A DNA stretch of 64,000 nt from an uncultured Prevotella sp. (GCA_905202125.1 CAJKQX010000001.1:19273-83272); one strand, 5' to 3'. Positions 1 to 11,872 are shown, counted from the stretch's first letter. Program-made: numbers and translations. Notes: generated by a model from the sequence alone, not told the origin.

Positions 1-2588
1 AAATTGAGTTTAAGGACCTTGCTCACAAATGGGAACGAACGTGAAGCACGAAGGTTGCATTCAATCACGAGGATATCATTGTCACGGGCCATAAACTGGA
101 TGTTGAACGGTCCTGAGATATGCAACTCTTTGGCTATCTGGCGGCTGACACGCTTGATACGGCGCATAGTTTCCACATAGAGTTTCTGCGGAGGGAACTG
201 TATTGTGGCGTCTCCCGAGTGCACTCCAGCAAACTCGATATGCTCCGAGATGGCGTAAGCCAATATCTCACCTTTGTTTGCAACGGCATCCATCTCTATT
301 TCTTTGGCATGCTCGATAAAGCGGCTCACAACCACAGGATGGTCTTCGGAGACGTTGGCTGCAAGTTTGAGGAATCGTTCAAGCTCGTCACGGTTGGAGC
401 AGACATTCATTGCAGCACCTGACAACACATACGAAGGACGCACCAGAACGGGGAATCCCACCTTATCGATGAATTTGTTGATGTCTTCCATAGAGGTAAG
501 AGCGCTCCACTCCGGCTGGTTGATGCCATTGCGTGTGAGCATGGACGAGAATTTGGCACGATCTTCAGCATTATCAATATCTTTGGCAGAGGTACCGAGA
601 ATAGGCACATTCTCAGCGTCCAATTTCATAGCAAGATTGTTTGGAATCTGTCCTCCGGTAGATACAATGACACCGTGAGGCGTTTCCAATTCGATGATAT
701 CCATCACACGTTCGAATGTGAGTTCATCGAAATAAAGTCGGTCGCACATATCATAATCAGTGGATACTGTCTCCGGATTGTAATTGATCATAACCGAGCG
801 ATAGCCTTCCTTACGTATCGTATTGAGAGCTTGAACTCCACACCAGTCAAACTCAACCGAACTACCAATGCGATAAGCTCCAGATCCAAGTACGATTATC
901 GAACGCTTGTCATTGGTATAATTGATATCGTGGGCAACACCGGAATAAGTGACATAAAGATAATTGGTATGCGCAGGATATTCGGCAGCGAGCGTATCAA
1001 TCTGCTTGACAACAGGCAGAATGCCATAATTCTTGCGCAACTGTCGTATCGTGAGCATGGCTTTATGCATATTGCCAATCTCGCTCTCCAATCCCACAGC
1101 ACGTGCAATCTGGAAATCAGTGAAACCATATATCTTGGCTGTACGCAACAGTTCCTTATCAAGATTGTTGACACTGTTGAGTTTTTTCATCTGCTCATCG
1201 ATATCGATGATATGTTTGAGTTTCTCGAGGAACCATTTGTCGATCTTCGTAAGATCATGAATCTGATCTATGGTGTAGCCTTTGTGCATGGCCTTCGAGA
1301 TAATGAACACACGCTTATCTGTCGGTTCTTTCAATGCTGCATCGATATCGGGTATTTCGAGTTCTTTATTCTCCACAAAACCGTGCATACTCTGACCGAT
1401 CATACGCAGACCTTTTTGTATGGCCTCCTCAAAATTACGACCGATGGCCATAACCTCGCCCACCGATTTCATTGAAGAACCGATTTCCTTGTCTACACCG
1501 CGGAATTTGCTCAAGTCCCAGCGCGGTATCTTACATACAACGTAATCAAGGGCAGGTTCGAAGAACACACTTGTGGTTTTTGTTATCGAATTTTTGAGTT
1601 CGAACAATCCATAACCCATACCCAACTTTGCTGCAACAAATGCGAGAGGATATCCGGTAGCCTTTGACGCAAGTGCCGATGAACGGCTCAAACGCGCATT
1701 TACCTCAATCACTCGATAATCCTCACTGTTGGGATCCAAAGCATATTGAACGTTACATTCACCAACGATACCAATGTGACGTATGATTCGGATAGCCAAC
1801 GAACGCAGTTTCTGGCTTTCTGAATTAGTCAGTGTCTGTGTCGGTGCCACAACAATACTTTCACCGGTGTGGATACCTAATGGATCGAAATTCTCCATGT
1901 TACATACGGTGATGCAGTTATCGTAACGGTCACGCACCACTTCGTACTCGATTTCTTTCCATCCTTTGAGACTTTTTTCCACCAACACCTGAGGTGAGAA
2001 TGAGAATGCTTTTTCTGCCAAACGATTCAACTCTTCCTCGTTGTCACAGAATCCGCTGCCCAATCCGCCCAAAGCATAAGCAGCACGCAGAATCACGGGA
2101 TAACCCAGTTCGGCGGCAGCTTTACGTGCTTGCTCTATTGACTCACAGGCTTCACTACTGATTGTCTTTACATTGATTTCGTTGAGTTTTTCAACGAACA
2201 ACTCACGGTCTTCAGTATCCATAATCGCCTGAACCGACGTACCGAGCACCTGTACTCCGTATTTCTCCAGTACGCCACTCTTGTAGAGTGCTACTCCGCA
2301 ATTCAATGCGGTCTGTCCACCAAATGCAAGCAAAATGCCATCTGGGCGTTCCTTCTGTATAACACGCTCAACAAAATATGGCTGAACCGGGAGGAAATAA
2401 ATCTGATCGGCAACACCCTCGGATGTCTGGACGGTTGCAATATTCGGGTTGATAAGCACTGTTTCCACACCTTCTTCGCGCAGAGCCTTCAATGCTTGTG
2501 AACCGGAATAATCGAACTCTCCGGCTTCACCAATCTTAAGAGCGCCGGAACCCAACAGTAATACTTTTTTTATATTGTCGTATTTCAT
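1..2588 (-). CDS. carB: carbamoyl-phosphate synthase large subunit (partial, continues past window start)
   Basis: Reverse-strand translation from the ATG at 2588-2586 reads [32 protein letters not shown]... and stays open to base 1 across the ATP-grasp and oligomerisation regions. It is missing from the ORF track because it runs off the edge. The + strand ORFs at 120-1475 are its antisense shadows. It lies 8 nt downstream of carA. Confidence 0.92.
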   Translation of the reverse strand, partial: MKYDNIKKVLLLGSGALKIGEAGEFDYSGSQALKALREEGVETVLINPNIATVQTSEGVADQIYFLPVQPYFVERVIQKERPDGILLAFGGQTALNCGVALYKSGVLEKYGVQVLGTSVQAIMDTEDRELFVEKLNEINVKTISSEACESIEQARKAAAELGYPVILRAAYALGGLGSGFCDNEEELNRLAEKAFSFSPQVLVEKSLKGWKEIEYEVVRDRYDNCITVCNMENFDPLGIHTGESIVVAPTQTLTNSESQKLRSLAIRIIRHIGIVGECNVQYALDPNSEDYRVIEVNARLSRSSALASKATGYPLAFVAAKLGMGYGLFELKNSITKTTSVFFEPALDYVVCKIPRWDLSKFRGVDKEIGSSMKSVGEVMAIGRNFEEAIQKGLRMIGQSMHGFVENKELEIPDIDAALKEPTDKRVFIISKAMHKGYTIDQIHDLTKIDKWFLEKLKHIIDIDEQMKKLNSVNNLDKELLRTAKIYGFTDFQIARAVGLESEIGNMHKAMLTIRQLRKNYGILPVVKQIDTLAAEYPAHTNYLYVTYSGVAHDINYTNDKRSIIVLGSGAYRIGSSVEFDWCGVQALNTIRKEGYRSVMINYNPETVSTDYDMCDRLYFDELTFERVMDIIELETPHGVIVSTGGQIPNNLAMKLDAENVPILGTSAKDIDNAEDRAKFSSMLTRNGINQPEWSALTSMEDINKFIDKVGFPVLVRPSYVLSGAAMNVCSNRDELERFLKLAANVSEDHPVVVSRFIEHAKEIEMDAVANKGEILAYAISEHIEFAGVHSGDATIQFPPQKLYVETMRRIKRVSRQIAKELHISGPFNIQFMARDNDILVIECNLRASRSFPFVSKVLKLN

Positions 2589-2596
2589 TTCGTAAA

Positions 2597-3673
2597 TTAT
2601 TTTAATGAGGCAACATATTTGTCAAACATAAACATAGTGTCCAATGTACCCGAACATGCCTCGGGGTGGAACTGACAAGAGAACCACGGATTGGTCTTGT
2701 GTTTGATACCTTCGTTAGAACCATCGTTCATATTAACAAACAGTTCTTCCCAATCGGCTCCTAAAGTTTTTCCATCGACAGCATAACCATGATTCTGTGT
2801 GGTTATGAAACAATCGGTGCTACCAATCATACGTACCGGCTGATTATGAGAGCGATGACCGTATTTCAGTTTATACGTTCTTGCCCCACTGGCTTTTGCA
2901 AGAAGTTGATTACCCATGCAGATACCACAAATAGGTTTACGAGACATACTTATCTGTTTGCGAATGATTTCCACTGCATCATTACACATATCCGGATCTC
3001 CTGGGCCGTTGGCCAAGAATAGTCCGTCAAATTCCATATCCGTGTAATCATAATTCCACGGTACGCGAATGAGCTCCACTCCACGTCCTATAAGAGATCT
3101 TATAATATTGGCTTTTACGCCACAGTCTACAAGAACGACTTTCTTTCCGGCTCCCTCATTATAACGTATAATTTCCTTACAGCTAACTTGCTCAACGAAA
3201 TTTACACCTTCATAATGAGAGTCAGGTATATTTTCCGTGTCATCATCAAACAGAATCTTACCCATCATGACTCCGTTTTCACGCAATACTTTTGTCAACT
3301 CTCTCGTGTCAACACCTGTAATTCCGGGAACATGTTCGCGTTTCAACCAATCGGCAAGGCTCTCTTTCGCATTCCAATGAGAATATTCTTCACTATAATC
3401 CGTGACAATTATCGCCGTTGTATAGATCTTATCACTCTCCATGAACAACGGCAATCCATTATCCGAATGTTCGAATGAAGGAACGCCATAATTGCCTACC
3501 AAAGGATAGGTTAACACCATCAACTGTCCAGCATAAGACGGATCGGTCAACGCTTCAGGATAACCGACCATTGCTGTATTGAAGACGACTTCGCCGGATA
3601 CCGGACATTCGTATCCAAATGACTTTCCATGGAATTTTGTTCCATTCTCCAAAACTAAAGTTACATTTCTCAT
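2597..3673 (-). CDS. carA: carbamoyl-phosphate synthase small subunit (glutamine amidotransferase)
   Basis: 358 aa. Class I GATase C-terminus with the GICMGNQLL Cys motif and the HNHGY..QFHPE catalytic motifs. Adjacent to carB. Confidence 0.93.
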   Translation of the reverse strand: MRNVTLVLENGTKFHGKSFGYECPVSGEVVFNTAMVGYPEALTDPSYAGQLMVLTYPLVGNYGVPSFEHSDNGLPLFMESDKIYTTAIIVTDYSEEYSHWNAKESLADWLKREHVPGITGVDTRELTKVLRENGVMMGKILFDDDTENIPDSHYEGVNFVEQVSCKEIIRYNEGAGKKVVLVDCGVKANIIRSLIGRGVELIRVPWNYDYTDMEFDGLFLANGPGDPDMCNDAVEIIRKQISMSRKPICGICMGNQLLAKASGARTYKLKYGHRSHNQPVRMIGSTDCFITTQNHGYAVDGKTLGADWEELFVNMNDGSNEGIKHKTNPWFSCQFHPEACSGTLDTMFMFDKYVASLK

Positions 3674-3682
3674 TTTATATTC

Positions 3683-5578
3683 TTAGAATTTCTGTTCTTG
3701 ATGATAATAATTCTCTATATAATTCACAAATGCCAGATTGCACAACTTTGTTCCACCTGGCGTGGGATATTTACCGGTAAAGTACCAGTCGCCTTTATGC
3801 TTGGGTATGGCTTTGTGCAAGCCGTCAATCGACTGAAACACGAGTTCAATGGGAGTTGTCACATCATCCGGACGTAACATCTCTACAATCTTGCGGTTGA
3901 TTTCTTCGACTGAGAACGATTTATACAAATCGCGTACACAGTTGCGCATTTCTTCTTTGGGCTTAAGAAGTTCTTCCTTACATGCCCTATATATTTTTTC
4001 AATCAAATCATGCAGGCCATGTTCCTTCATTAATTCGATAGTTGCCCTGAAAGCACAAAACTCTTCAAGACGCGGCATATCTATTCCGTAATAATCCGGA
4101 TAACGTATCTGCGGAGCACTGCTGACGATAATAATCTTTTTGGGATGAAGACGATCAAGAATGTGCAGAATGCTCTCTTTCAATGTCGTGCCACGCACGA
4201 TGCTGTCATCTATGACAACCAGATTGTCGACATCGCGTTCTATTCCATCGTATGTGATGTCATAGACGTGGGATGCCAGATCGTTTCTGGAATTGCCCTC
4301 GGTGATAAATGTCCTTAGCTTTATATCTTTCCATGCTATCTTCTCCGAGCGGACATAGTCATTGAGTATCGGCAAGAGTTCATCCTCCGTAGGTTTATGG
4401 CTTAAAGAGAGAATCTTTTCCACCTTACACTGGTTGACGTATCGCTTAAAACCGGTAAGCAAACCATAATAAGCCACTTCTGCCGTATTAGGAATAAATG
4501 AGAACACCGTGTGTTTCACGTCATAATCAATGGCTTTGAGAACGGGTTCGTTCAATAGTTCGCCAAGACATTTACGCTCTTTATAAATATCACGGTCGCT
4601 ACCACGGCTGAAATATATTCGTTCGAATGAACAGGCAGAATCACCACGTTGAGGAATCACTTCCTCTATACTGAAATCACCGTTGCGTCTCACAAACATT
4701 GCATGTCCGGGCATCAGTTCCTTGATATCCTCACATTCAAGATCGAACGTTGTCTGCAAGACTGGTCGTTCACTGGCAAGAGCCACAAACTCATCGTTTT
4801 TATAATAAAAAGCAGGACGTATACCCCACGGATCGCGCATGGAAAACATCTCGCCACTCCCCGTAAGACCACAAACCACATATCCACCATCAAAATCAGC
4901 CATAGAGCTTTTCAATACATTGCTCATTATGACATTATCATTAATATAATGTGTGATTTCGCGGTCTTTCAGTCCAAGTTCTTTAGCTCTCACAAAATTT
5001 CGTTCAACCTCTCTGTCCAAACGATGGCCCATGAGTTCAAGCATGATGTAAGCATCACTATAAATTCGCGGGCATTGGCCCTGAAGAGTCAATTTATCGA
5101 ATATTTCTTCGATATTCGTCATATTGAAATTGCCACACAGACACAGATTCTTCGCCTGCCAATTGTTTCGTCTCAAGAATGGATGCACGTAAGAAAGACC
5201 GCTTTTTCCGGTGGTAGAATAGCGAAGATGTCCCATATACAACTCACCGGCAAAAGGAAGATTTTTGTTTGCAAAATCCGCATCTCTGAGTTGTTCGGAT
5301 GTAAGATCTTTCAAACCACAGTGAGCATATCCGAAAATCTCTGTTATGGCATCTTTTCCCTCGGCACGTTCGCGAAACATATATTCCTGTCCCGGAGTGT
5401 CGTTCAATTTGACACAGGCGATACCGGCACCTTCCTGTCCGCGGTTGTGCTGTTTCTCCATCATCAGATAGAGTTTGTTCAAACCAAACATCCATGTACC
5501 ATATTTTTCTTGATAATATGTCAACGGTTTGAGCAATCTTATCATTGCTACGCCACACTCATGTTTTAACGGTTCCAC
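3683..5578 (-). CDS. purF: amidophosphoribosyltransferase, long Bacteroidetes-type form
   Basis: 631 aa. A propeptide precedes the N-terminal nucleophile Cys (MEPLKHECGVAMI), followed by an Ntn class II GATase domain and a PRTase-type C-terminal region. The long ~630-aa form is typical of Bacteroidetes. Confidence 0.8.
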   Translation of the reverse strand: MEPLKHECGVAMIRLLKPLTYYQEKYGTWMFGLNKLYLMMEKQHNRGQEGAGIACVKLNDTPGQEYMFRERAEGKDAITEIFGYAHCGLKDLTSEQLRDADFANKNLPFAGELYMGHLRYSTTGKSGLSYVHPFLRRNNWQAKNLCLCGNFNMTNIEEIFDKLTLQGQCPRIYSDAYIMLELMGHRLDREVERNFVRAKELGLKDREITHYINDNVIMSNVLKSSMADFDGGYVVCGLTGSGEMFSMRDPWGIRPAFYYKNDEFVALASERPVLQTTFDLECEDIKELMPGHAMFVRRNGDFSIEEVIPQRGDSACSFERIYFSRGSDRDIYKERKCLGELLNEPVLKAIDYDVKHTVFSFIPNTAEVAYYGLLTGFKRYVNQCKVEKILSLSHKPTEDELLPILNDYVRSEKIAWKDIKLRTFITEGNSRNDLASHVYDITYDGIERDVDNLVVIDDSIVRGTTLKESILHILDRLHPKKIIIVSSAPQIRYPDYYGIDMPRLEEFCAFRATIELMKEHGLHDLIEKIYRACKEELLKPKEEMRNCVRDLYKSFSVEEINRKIVEMLRPDDVTTPIELVFQSIDGLHKAIPKHKGDWYFTGKYPTPGGTKLCNLAFVNYIENYYHQEQKF

Positions 5579-5625
5579 AATCTTCGTGTTTTTATTTAAT
5601 TAATGAATATGTTCATCTTGAAAAA

Positions 5626-7470
5626 TCATTCAACGGTGACCGATTTGGCCAAGTTTCTGGGTTGATCTACATTCTTACCCTTGCATACGGCGACATGATA
5701 TGCCAATAATTGCAATGGGATAGTATATATGAGAGGTTCAAGACATTCGATAGTATCAGGCAGTTCAATCACTTCGTCCGCAATACGGCTGATAGTTTCA
5801 TCGCCATTGCTTACCAAAGCTATTACCTTGCCATGGCGGGCTTTGATTTCCTGAATATTACTCAGCACTTTCTCATACATTGCATTATGTGTTGCAATAA
5901 CGACAACCGGCATATCCGAATCGATGAGAGCTATCGGACCATGTTTCATCTCTGCTGCCGGATATCCTTCGGCGTGGATGTAACTTATTTCCTTGAGTTT
6001 CAACGCTCCTTCCAATGCGACCGGATAACCGTATCCACGGCCGAGATACAGGAAATTATGAGCATAGGTGAACATACGGCTGAGGTCGGCTATTCTATTA
6101 TTAAGTTTGAGTACCTCTTTCATCTTTTCCGGTATGCTGCACAATTCTTTTACGATGGTTGAGTAATTTTCAACACTGATTGTATTCTTAGCTTTTGCCA
6201 AAGCCAAAGCGAACATCACAAGAACAGTGACCTGACCTGTGAATGCCTTTGTCGATGCCACACCGATTTCCGGTCCTACATGGATGTAACTTCCCGTATT
6301 TGTAACACGAGGTATGCTTGAACCAACAGCGTTGCAAACACCATAGATGAATGCGCCTTTACTTTTGGCTATCTCCACAGCCGCCAATGTATCGGCCGTC
6401 TCACCACTTTGTGATATAGCAATCACGATATCATTGTCCGAAACCACAGGGTTGCTGTATCTGAACTCACTTGCATATTCCACCACAACCGGTATGCGAC
6501 AGAAATTCTCGATCAGATACTTACCTATCAATCCGGCATGCCATGAGGTGCCACATGCAACAATAATAATACGGTGGGCCTTGAGCAGACGGTCCTTGTT
6601 ATCGATGATGGCGCTCAATGTAACATCAAAATCATCCATACCCACACGTCCCCTCATACAATTGGATATACATTCGGGTTGTTCGAATATCTCCTTAAGC
6701 ATGAAATGCGGAAATCCGCCCTTTTCTATCTGACCGAGATTGAGATCCACCGTTTGTATTTCCGGACTGAGTTTACGGTTGTGAATATTGACCACTTCCA
6801 ATTCCCGACCGAGTTGCATCACTGCGATATTGCCATCTTCGAGATACACCACCTTGTCTGTATATTCAATCAGTGGAGATGCGTCCGAACCCAAAAAGAA
6901 TTCGTTATCGCCTATTCCTACAACAAGAGGACTTTGCTTTCTGGCTGCAATAATTCTGTCGGGATGGTTCTTATCCAGCAAAGCAATGGCGTAAGCTCCT
7001 ATTATCTGATGCAAAGATATTTGAAGGGCGGTGAGCAGGTCCAGATTTTTCTTTTTCTGTACATACTCGATCAACTGCACAAGCACCTCTGTGTCGGTAT
7101 CGGATGTAAAATGAACACCTTTTGCTATCAGATTGCGCTTGATGTCGCTATAATTCTCGATTATACCATTGTGGATTATTGCCAAGTTGTGTGATTCCGA
7201 ATAATGAGGATGTGCATTCCGCGATGAAGGTTCGCCATGGGTAGCCCATCGAGTATGGGCGATACCGATTGAGCCTGAGATATCTTTATCATTACAAAAT
7301 TCCTCAAGATCAGAAACCTTACCTTTAGTCTTGTAAACATTAAGAGATGATTGATTGTTCATCAACGCGACACCTGCACTATCGTATCCACGATATTCCA
7401 ACCTACGCAATCCGTTTATCAAAATCGGAAAAGCATCTTTATGTCCTAAATAACCGACAATACCACACAT
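5626..7470 (-). CDS. glmS: glutamine--fructose-6-phosphate aminotransferase (isomerizing)
   Basis: 614 aa starting MCGIVGY (N-terminal Cys nucleophile), two SIS domains, C-terminal ...VDQPRNLAKSVTVE. Confidence 0.95.
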   Translation of the reverse strand: MCGIVGYLGHKDAFPILINGLRRLEYRGYDSAGVALMNNQSSLNVYKTKGKVSDLEEFCNDKDISGSIGIAHTRWATHGEPSSRNAHPHYSESHNLAIIHNGIIENYSDIKRNLIAKGVHFTSDTDTEVLVQLIEYVQKKKNLDLLTALQISLHQIIGAYAIALLDKNHPDRIIAARKQSPLVVGIGDNEFFLGSDASPLIEYTDKVVYLEDGNIAVMQLGRELEVVNIHNRKLSPEIQTVDLNLGQIEKGGFPHFMLKEIFEQPECISNCMRGRVGMDDFDVTLSAIIDNKDRLLKAHRIIIVACGTSWHAGLIGKYLIENFCRIPVVVEYASEFRYSNPVVSDNDIVIAISQSGETADTLAAVEIAKSKGAFIYGVCNAVGSSIPRVTNTGSYIHVGPEIGVASTKAFTGQVTVLVMFALALAKAKNTISVENYSTIVKELCSIPEKMKEVLKLNNRIADLSRMFTYAHNFLYLGRGYGYPVALEGALKLKEISYIHAEGYPAAEMKHGPIALIDSDMPVVVIATHNAMYEKVLSNIQEIKARHGKVIALVSNGDETISRIADEVIELPDTIECLEPLIYTIPLQLLAYHVAVCKGKNVDQPRNLAKSVTVE

Positions 7471-7545
7471 ATTCTTTTAATTGTCTTAATATATAAAATT
7501 AAGCGTCAGACATAAAATAGAAATGCCCAACGCTTAGTAATGAAT

Positions 7546-8328
7546 TCATCGTACCAAATTGACAATCAGAGAGGTTAACGATGCCAATGCACTGACAGTA
7601 CTAACCCAGAATGTTGTTATTGTACTGACGGAAGATGTCGAAGCTTTCGCCTTGTTTGGCTCAACATACAGGACGTCATTCTGTTGTAAGTAATAATACG
7701 GAGAGTTGATCAATTCAGCATCCTTCAAATTCAAACGATGCATGACCTTTTGTCCGGACTGGTCTTCACGAATCAACAACACATTGTCACGTTTACCGTA
7801 GATGGTGAGGTCTCCGGCCTGAGCCAATGCTTCAAGCACACTCATCTTCTCGGATGTCACAGGAATAACGCTCGGACTTGCAACCTCGCCTAAAACAGTC
7901 ACACGGAAACTTGCCATTCTGACCGTCACCACTGGATTTTCGGTTGCCGACATGTTAGGCATGATCTTATCACGAATCAAATCCTCGCATTGTCCTTTGG
8001 TAAGTCCCGCAACATGAATACTACCTACAATTGGGAAATTTATATTACCATTATTGTCCACCAGATATCCTTGCCCCATACTGTTTGTGGCACCGCTTGC
8101 AGAACCTGTGTACAGATTGAACAACTTGGAAACATTCGGATCGATCGTATTGACTGTTATCGAAAGCATATCCTTTGGCATGATCTTGGCATCGTACAAG
8201 CCACGGGATGCTGTCAAATCAACATTGTCTACGTTTTGAAAATATGTTACATTCTTTGAACTTGAGCAACTGTCAAACAATGCTGCCAATATCAGAACAA
8301 TAATAAACGGGGAAATTAATTTCTTCAT
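7546..8328 (-). CDS. polysaccharide export outer-membrane protein (Wza/OPX family)
   Basis: 260 aa. Signal peptide with lipobox-like LFDSCSS. The central region matches the Poly_export / soluble-ligand-binding fold of Wza-BexD-CtrA proteins. Confidence 0.65.
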   Translation of the reverse strand: MKKLISPFIIVLILAALFDSCSSSKNVTYFQNVDNVDLTASRGLYDAKIMPKDMLSITVNTIDPNVSKLFNLYTGSASGATNSMGQGYLVDNNGNINFPIVGSIHVAGLTKGQCEDLIRDKIMPNMSATENPVVTVRMASFRVTVLGEVASPSVIPVTSEKMSVLEALAQAGDLTIYGKRDNVLLIREDQSGQKVMHRLNLKDAELINSPYYYLQQNDVLYVEPNKAKASTSSVSTITTFWVSTVSALASLTSLIVNLVR

Positions 8329-8503
8329 AAAAACACGAACTACTTTATTACATATTTAAATATTGTTGCAAAGTTAATACTATTTTTATAATTAACCAAG
8401 TTTTCAAGAATTTATTGATGCAGAACTGACTTTTTATTTTCCAACATTCCGATTACATTTTGATGAAGAAAAATGATTTTGCTAAAAATTTTTGTTTGTT
8501 GTT

Positions 8504-9655
8504 CTATTTCCAATAAGCTGATATTCTGTCATAGTATCTCAGTTTTCCTGTTTTTAATTCGGGATGTATGATTTGTATCAAATCTTTTAAGACATAATCC
8601 GGACGAAAAGACATTTCCTCAAAATATGGTTTGACCATACTGTTACAGCCAAAAACATTTCCTATACGATAAGCCTTGATATTGACATAGCCTCCGAATT
8701 CACTTATAAGATTCTGCCTCGAAACATCAGACGGTTTATTATACATAAACAACCACACACAGGCATCGCCCGCCTTGTCAAGCACATGCTCGGGTGACAA
8801 AGCCAGCGAACCGCTATGCTCATCGTCCGCAAACACGTAACGACCATTGGCATCGGCTATGAGTTTTGCAGTAGAACTGCGTCCGCCGGGACAATACCAC
8901 ACCGCTCCTGTTTTGCGTTCGGTGAGCACCGAACGTGTGGAAATAGCGTTACGGGCTATTGTCTTCAATGAGTTGTAACAACTGTCCACAACATGAAACA
9001 GTGAGTCGGCCTTGTGTTCGCAACCGAAAAGCATGCCATAAAATTTCATCCATTCCGCCCTACCCAATGCCGATGTTTCCATATAATCGGCACATGCCAC
9101 CACCTGAGTGCCATCATTGTGTGACAAGAGATCATTTTTGTTCTCATACGGAGACGAAAGGATGATTTGAGGATTGAGTTCCACAATTTTTTCTTTGTCC
9201 GGCATCATTCCATCGCCACAATCCATGATATTTCCGTCTGCCACATTCTTTTTAATATATGAGACGTTCATATATTTCAGGTCGCAAACACCTTTTATCT
9301 TTTCTTCGGCCCCAAACCATTGAAGTAGTTGGCAATGAGGAGATGTGAAAACGACACAACTCTGCACGGGAGTATAAATGACATGCCCTTGAGGTAAGGA
9401 TACTATTTTGGCAGAATCCTTTCTATCCACCAACACATAGGTGTCTAAGATTCGTCCATCGTGCCAGGGGTCGGAAAGAGTGACAACATTATAATCATGA
9501 TATCTTACGATCTCAATATTTTCCGCATACTTGAGATTCAAGGTATCACCTATCTCTTGTGACTGTTGATGGGCCACACCTCCACACGCCGTAAGAAACA
9601 GACAAAGCGTGAAAGCCAAAAAACAAACTATTTTCCCAATTGTCTCAGATAACAT
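8504..9655 (-). CDS. ABC-transporter periplasmic substrate-binding lipoprotein (iron-siderophore/cobalamin, TroA/FecB-like class)
   Basis: 383 aa. Lipoprotein signal (LFLTACGG). The size and overall pattern fit class III periplasmic-binding proteins, but the match is weak. Confidence 0.45.
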   Translation of the reverse strand: MLSETIGKIVCFLAFTLCLFLTACGGVAHQQSQEIGDTLNLKYAENIEIVRYHDYNVVTLSDPWHDGRILDTYVLVDRKDSAKIVSLPQGHVIYTPVQSCVVFTSPHCQLLQWFGAEEKIKGVCDLKYMNVSYIKKNVADGNIMDCGDGMMPDKEKIVELNPQIILSSPYENKNDLLSHNDGTQVVACADYMETSALGRAEWMKFYGMLFGCEHKADSLFHVVDSCYNSLKTIARNAISTRSVLTERKTGAVWYCPGGRSSTAKLIADANGRYVFADDEHSGSLALSPEHVLDKAGDACVWLFMYNKPSDVSRQNLISEFGGYVNIKAYRIGNVFGCNSMVKPYFEEMSFRPDYVLKDLIQIIHPELKTGKLRYYDRISAYWK

Positions 9656-9871
9656 CTCACATTATAATAATTGTCTCAAACAACAAACAATGGTACAAAA
9701 TTAGTACAATGCAAATATTTCACCAAACATTATCCAATAAAATATTAAAACAAAATTTTACTATTGTTGATTTGTTATTTTATAAATAAAACATAAAAAA
9801 TTTCACCCATAGATTTTTTTGATATATCTTTGTGACCGTTTTTCAAAACCTAATAAACAAATTAATTATAT

Positions 9872-11335
9872 ATGTCAACAGAAAAAAGATACACTCTTGA
9901 TGGTAGTTTCAGAATCAAGAAAGCTATCATGTTCGCCATTGCTGTTATTGCAATGGCAATAATTTGGTTTATGCCTGTCGATTCTTTCGGAATCGAAGGG
10001 CTTACAGTCATTCAAAAACGCATCATTTCGATTTTTGCTTTTGCTACCATACTGTGGGTGACCGAAGCCATATCACCTTGGGCCACATCCGTCTCACTGA
10101 TCAGCATTCTCCTAATCACGACCTCAGACAATGCTCTCAACTTTTTGATTTCAGACATTGACAAAAGCGAATTGTTGAATCACAAAGCACTCATGGCCAC
10201 CTTTGCCGACCCGATCATCATCCTGTTCCTGGGAGGTTTTGTCCTGGCCATTGCCGCGACGAAATCGGGACTCGACGTTCTATTGGCACGCACTTTGCTC
10301 AAACCGTTCGGTACAAAGAGTGAGAATGTGCTTTTGGGATTCATTCTTATAACAGGCGTATTCTCCATGTTCGTCAGCAACACGGCCACAGCAGCCATGA
10401 TGCTCACATTCCTCACACCTGTGTTCAAGGCATTGCCGCCCGAAGGCAAAGGACGTGTCGCTCTGACACTGTCCATACCCGTGGCTGCCAATATAGGCGG
10501 TATGGGCACCATCATCGGTACACCTCCCAATGCCATCGCACTGAAATACCTCAACGATCCCAACGGTCTGAACATGGGTCTCGGTTTTGGAGACTGGATG
10601 ATGTTTATGACCCCGCTTGCGCTGATTTTATTGTTAATTGGCTGGTTCCTTCTGAAATACATGTTCCCATTCAAGAAAAAGACCATAAATATTGAAATAG
10701 AAGGCAATGTACAACACAACTGGCGCACAGTGGTTGTGGCCGCTACATTCGTGCTGACTGTTCTGCTATGGATTCTCGACCGTTGGACCGGTGTGGGAGC
10801 CAATACCGTAGCCATGATTCCTATTGCGATATTTGCATTCACAGGTGTAATCAAAGCTAGAGACCTTCAGGAAATCAACTGGAGCGTAATCTGGATGGTT
10901 GCCGGAGGTTTTGCCCTCGGTCTCGCCCTCAATGAGTCGGGACTGGCAGAGAACGTAATCAAGAGCATACCGTTCAACACATGGTCGGCAGTAGCCATAC
11001 TCATCACCTCGGGTATCATCTGCTACATTCTTTCCAATTTCATCTCAAACACTGCCACGGCGGCCTTGCTCGTACCTATCCTCGCTGTTGTCTGCAAGGG
11101 TATGGGAACGTCACTCGACAAGATTGGTGGCACACCTACCGTCCTCATCGGTATCGCTATTGCAGCATCAGTGGCCATGACATTGCCGATAAGCACACCG
11201 CCAAACGCCATCGCTCATTCCACAGGACTGGTGAAACAGAACGAAATGATGAAAATAGGTCTGACAATGGGTGTGATAGGACTTGTCTTAGGTTATGTGA
11301 TGTTGTTCGTTCTTGGCATAACTCACATCATTTAA
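9872..11335 (+). CDS. DASS/SLC13-family anion:sodium symporter (citrate/sulfate-transporter type)
   Basis: 487 aa polytopic protein with the duplicated SNTATAAMM / SNTATAALLVPI permease motifs typical of DASS (ArsB/NhaD superfamily). Confidence 0.75.
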   Translation: MSTEKRYTLDGSFRIKKAIMFAIAVIAMAIIWFMPVDSFGIEGLTVIQKRIISIFAFATILWVTEAISPWATSVSLISILLITTSDNALNFLISDIDKSELLNHKALMATFADPIIILFLGGFVLAIAATKSGLDVLLARTLLKPFGTKSENVLLGFILITGVFSMFVSNTATAAMMLTFLTPVFKALPPEGKGRVALTLSIPVAANIGGMGTIIGTPPNAIALKYLNDPNGLNMGLGFGDWMMFMTPLALILLLIGWFLLKYMFPFKKKTINIEIEGNVQHNWRTVVVAATFVLTVLLWILDRWTGVGANTVAMIPIAIFAFTGVIKARDLQEINWSVIWMVAGGFALGLALNESGLAENVIKSIPFNTWSAVAILITSGIICYILSNFISNTATAALLVPILAVVCKGMGTSLDKIGGTPTVLIGIAIAASVAMTLPISTPPNAIAHSTGLVKQNEMMKIGLTMGVIGLVLGYVMLFVLGITHII

Positions 11336-11377
11336 CCCAAAACAGCCATGAGCTCTGATAACCGATTTGGGTTTAAC
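11331..11377. repeat. MITE/REP-like palindromic element, minimal form (copy D)
   Basis: TTTAACCCAAAACAGCCATGAGCTCTGATAACCGATTTGGGTTTAAC. AACCCAAA / TTTGGGTT inverted ends. It overlaps the stop codon of the DASS gene and is homologous to the right half of the copy at 39415-39612. Confidence 0.7.
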
Positions 11378-11422
11378 ATGAACTCGAAATTAGTAAATTG
11401 TACAAATATTAATTCATACGAA

Positions 11423-11458
11423 GGGTCGCAAACTGGTGCGGCCCTTTATTTTTATTTT
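11423..11458 (+). terminator. rho-independent terminator downstream of the DASS transporter
   Basis: GGGTCGCAAACTGGTGCGGCCC stem-loop followed by TTTATTTTTATTTT. Confidence 0.7.
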
Positions 11459-11770
11459 ATATAAAGAGATATTCAGGAAAAAGGCGGTGTAAGGAGGATG
11501 TCGCTGAAATCCATTTTTGTCTATACTTTCAAAAAGAGAGCGATTGGAAACCAATACATTGCAAAATTGATTCTTGAGATTTTGGAGGTTCTGCAACACC
11601 CTCCCAACATTCGTGGAATTTTTTTGGAATATAATTAATTACCTAAAACGCGAAAAAATGCATAAACATGCAATTCCAAAAGTAAAAAATTTTGACAAAA
11701 CAAAATCGCAAAATAGAAAAACGGAGGCTCCAAAATAGGTGTTATCACCCCACTGTAACACGTCGAATTT

Positions 11771-11872
11771 CCCAAAGTGGCCCTTTCATCATGCGAAAGG
11801 AATCCTTTCAGAATGCGAAAAGGCTCCTTTTGGAACCAAAGTTGGGCACTTTTGGAAGTCATTTTTGGCCCA
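11771..11872 (-). repeat. triple-hairpin AAAGGGCC-type intergenic element (copy 1, reverse orientation)
   Basis: Its reverse complement aligns with 39076-39163 and 59230-59316. It consists of three consecutive short hairpins with A/T-rich stems and GC-rich loops, for example CGAAAGGAATCCTTTCAG and CAAAGTGGCCCTTTC. Confidence 0.65.

Noticed and set aside
120-1475. Plus-strand ORFs at the window start (100-266 aa)
   Set aside because: They lie antisense to the clearly identifiable carB reading frame that runs off the window edge.
10180-10854. 224-aa minus-strand ORF inside the DASS transporter gene
   Set aside because: It is antisense to a strongly supported polytopic transporter and its translation lacks features.
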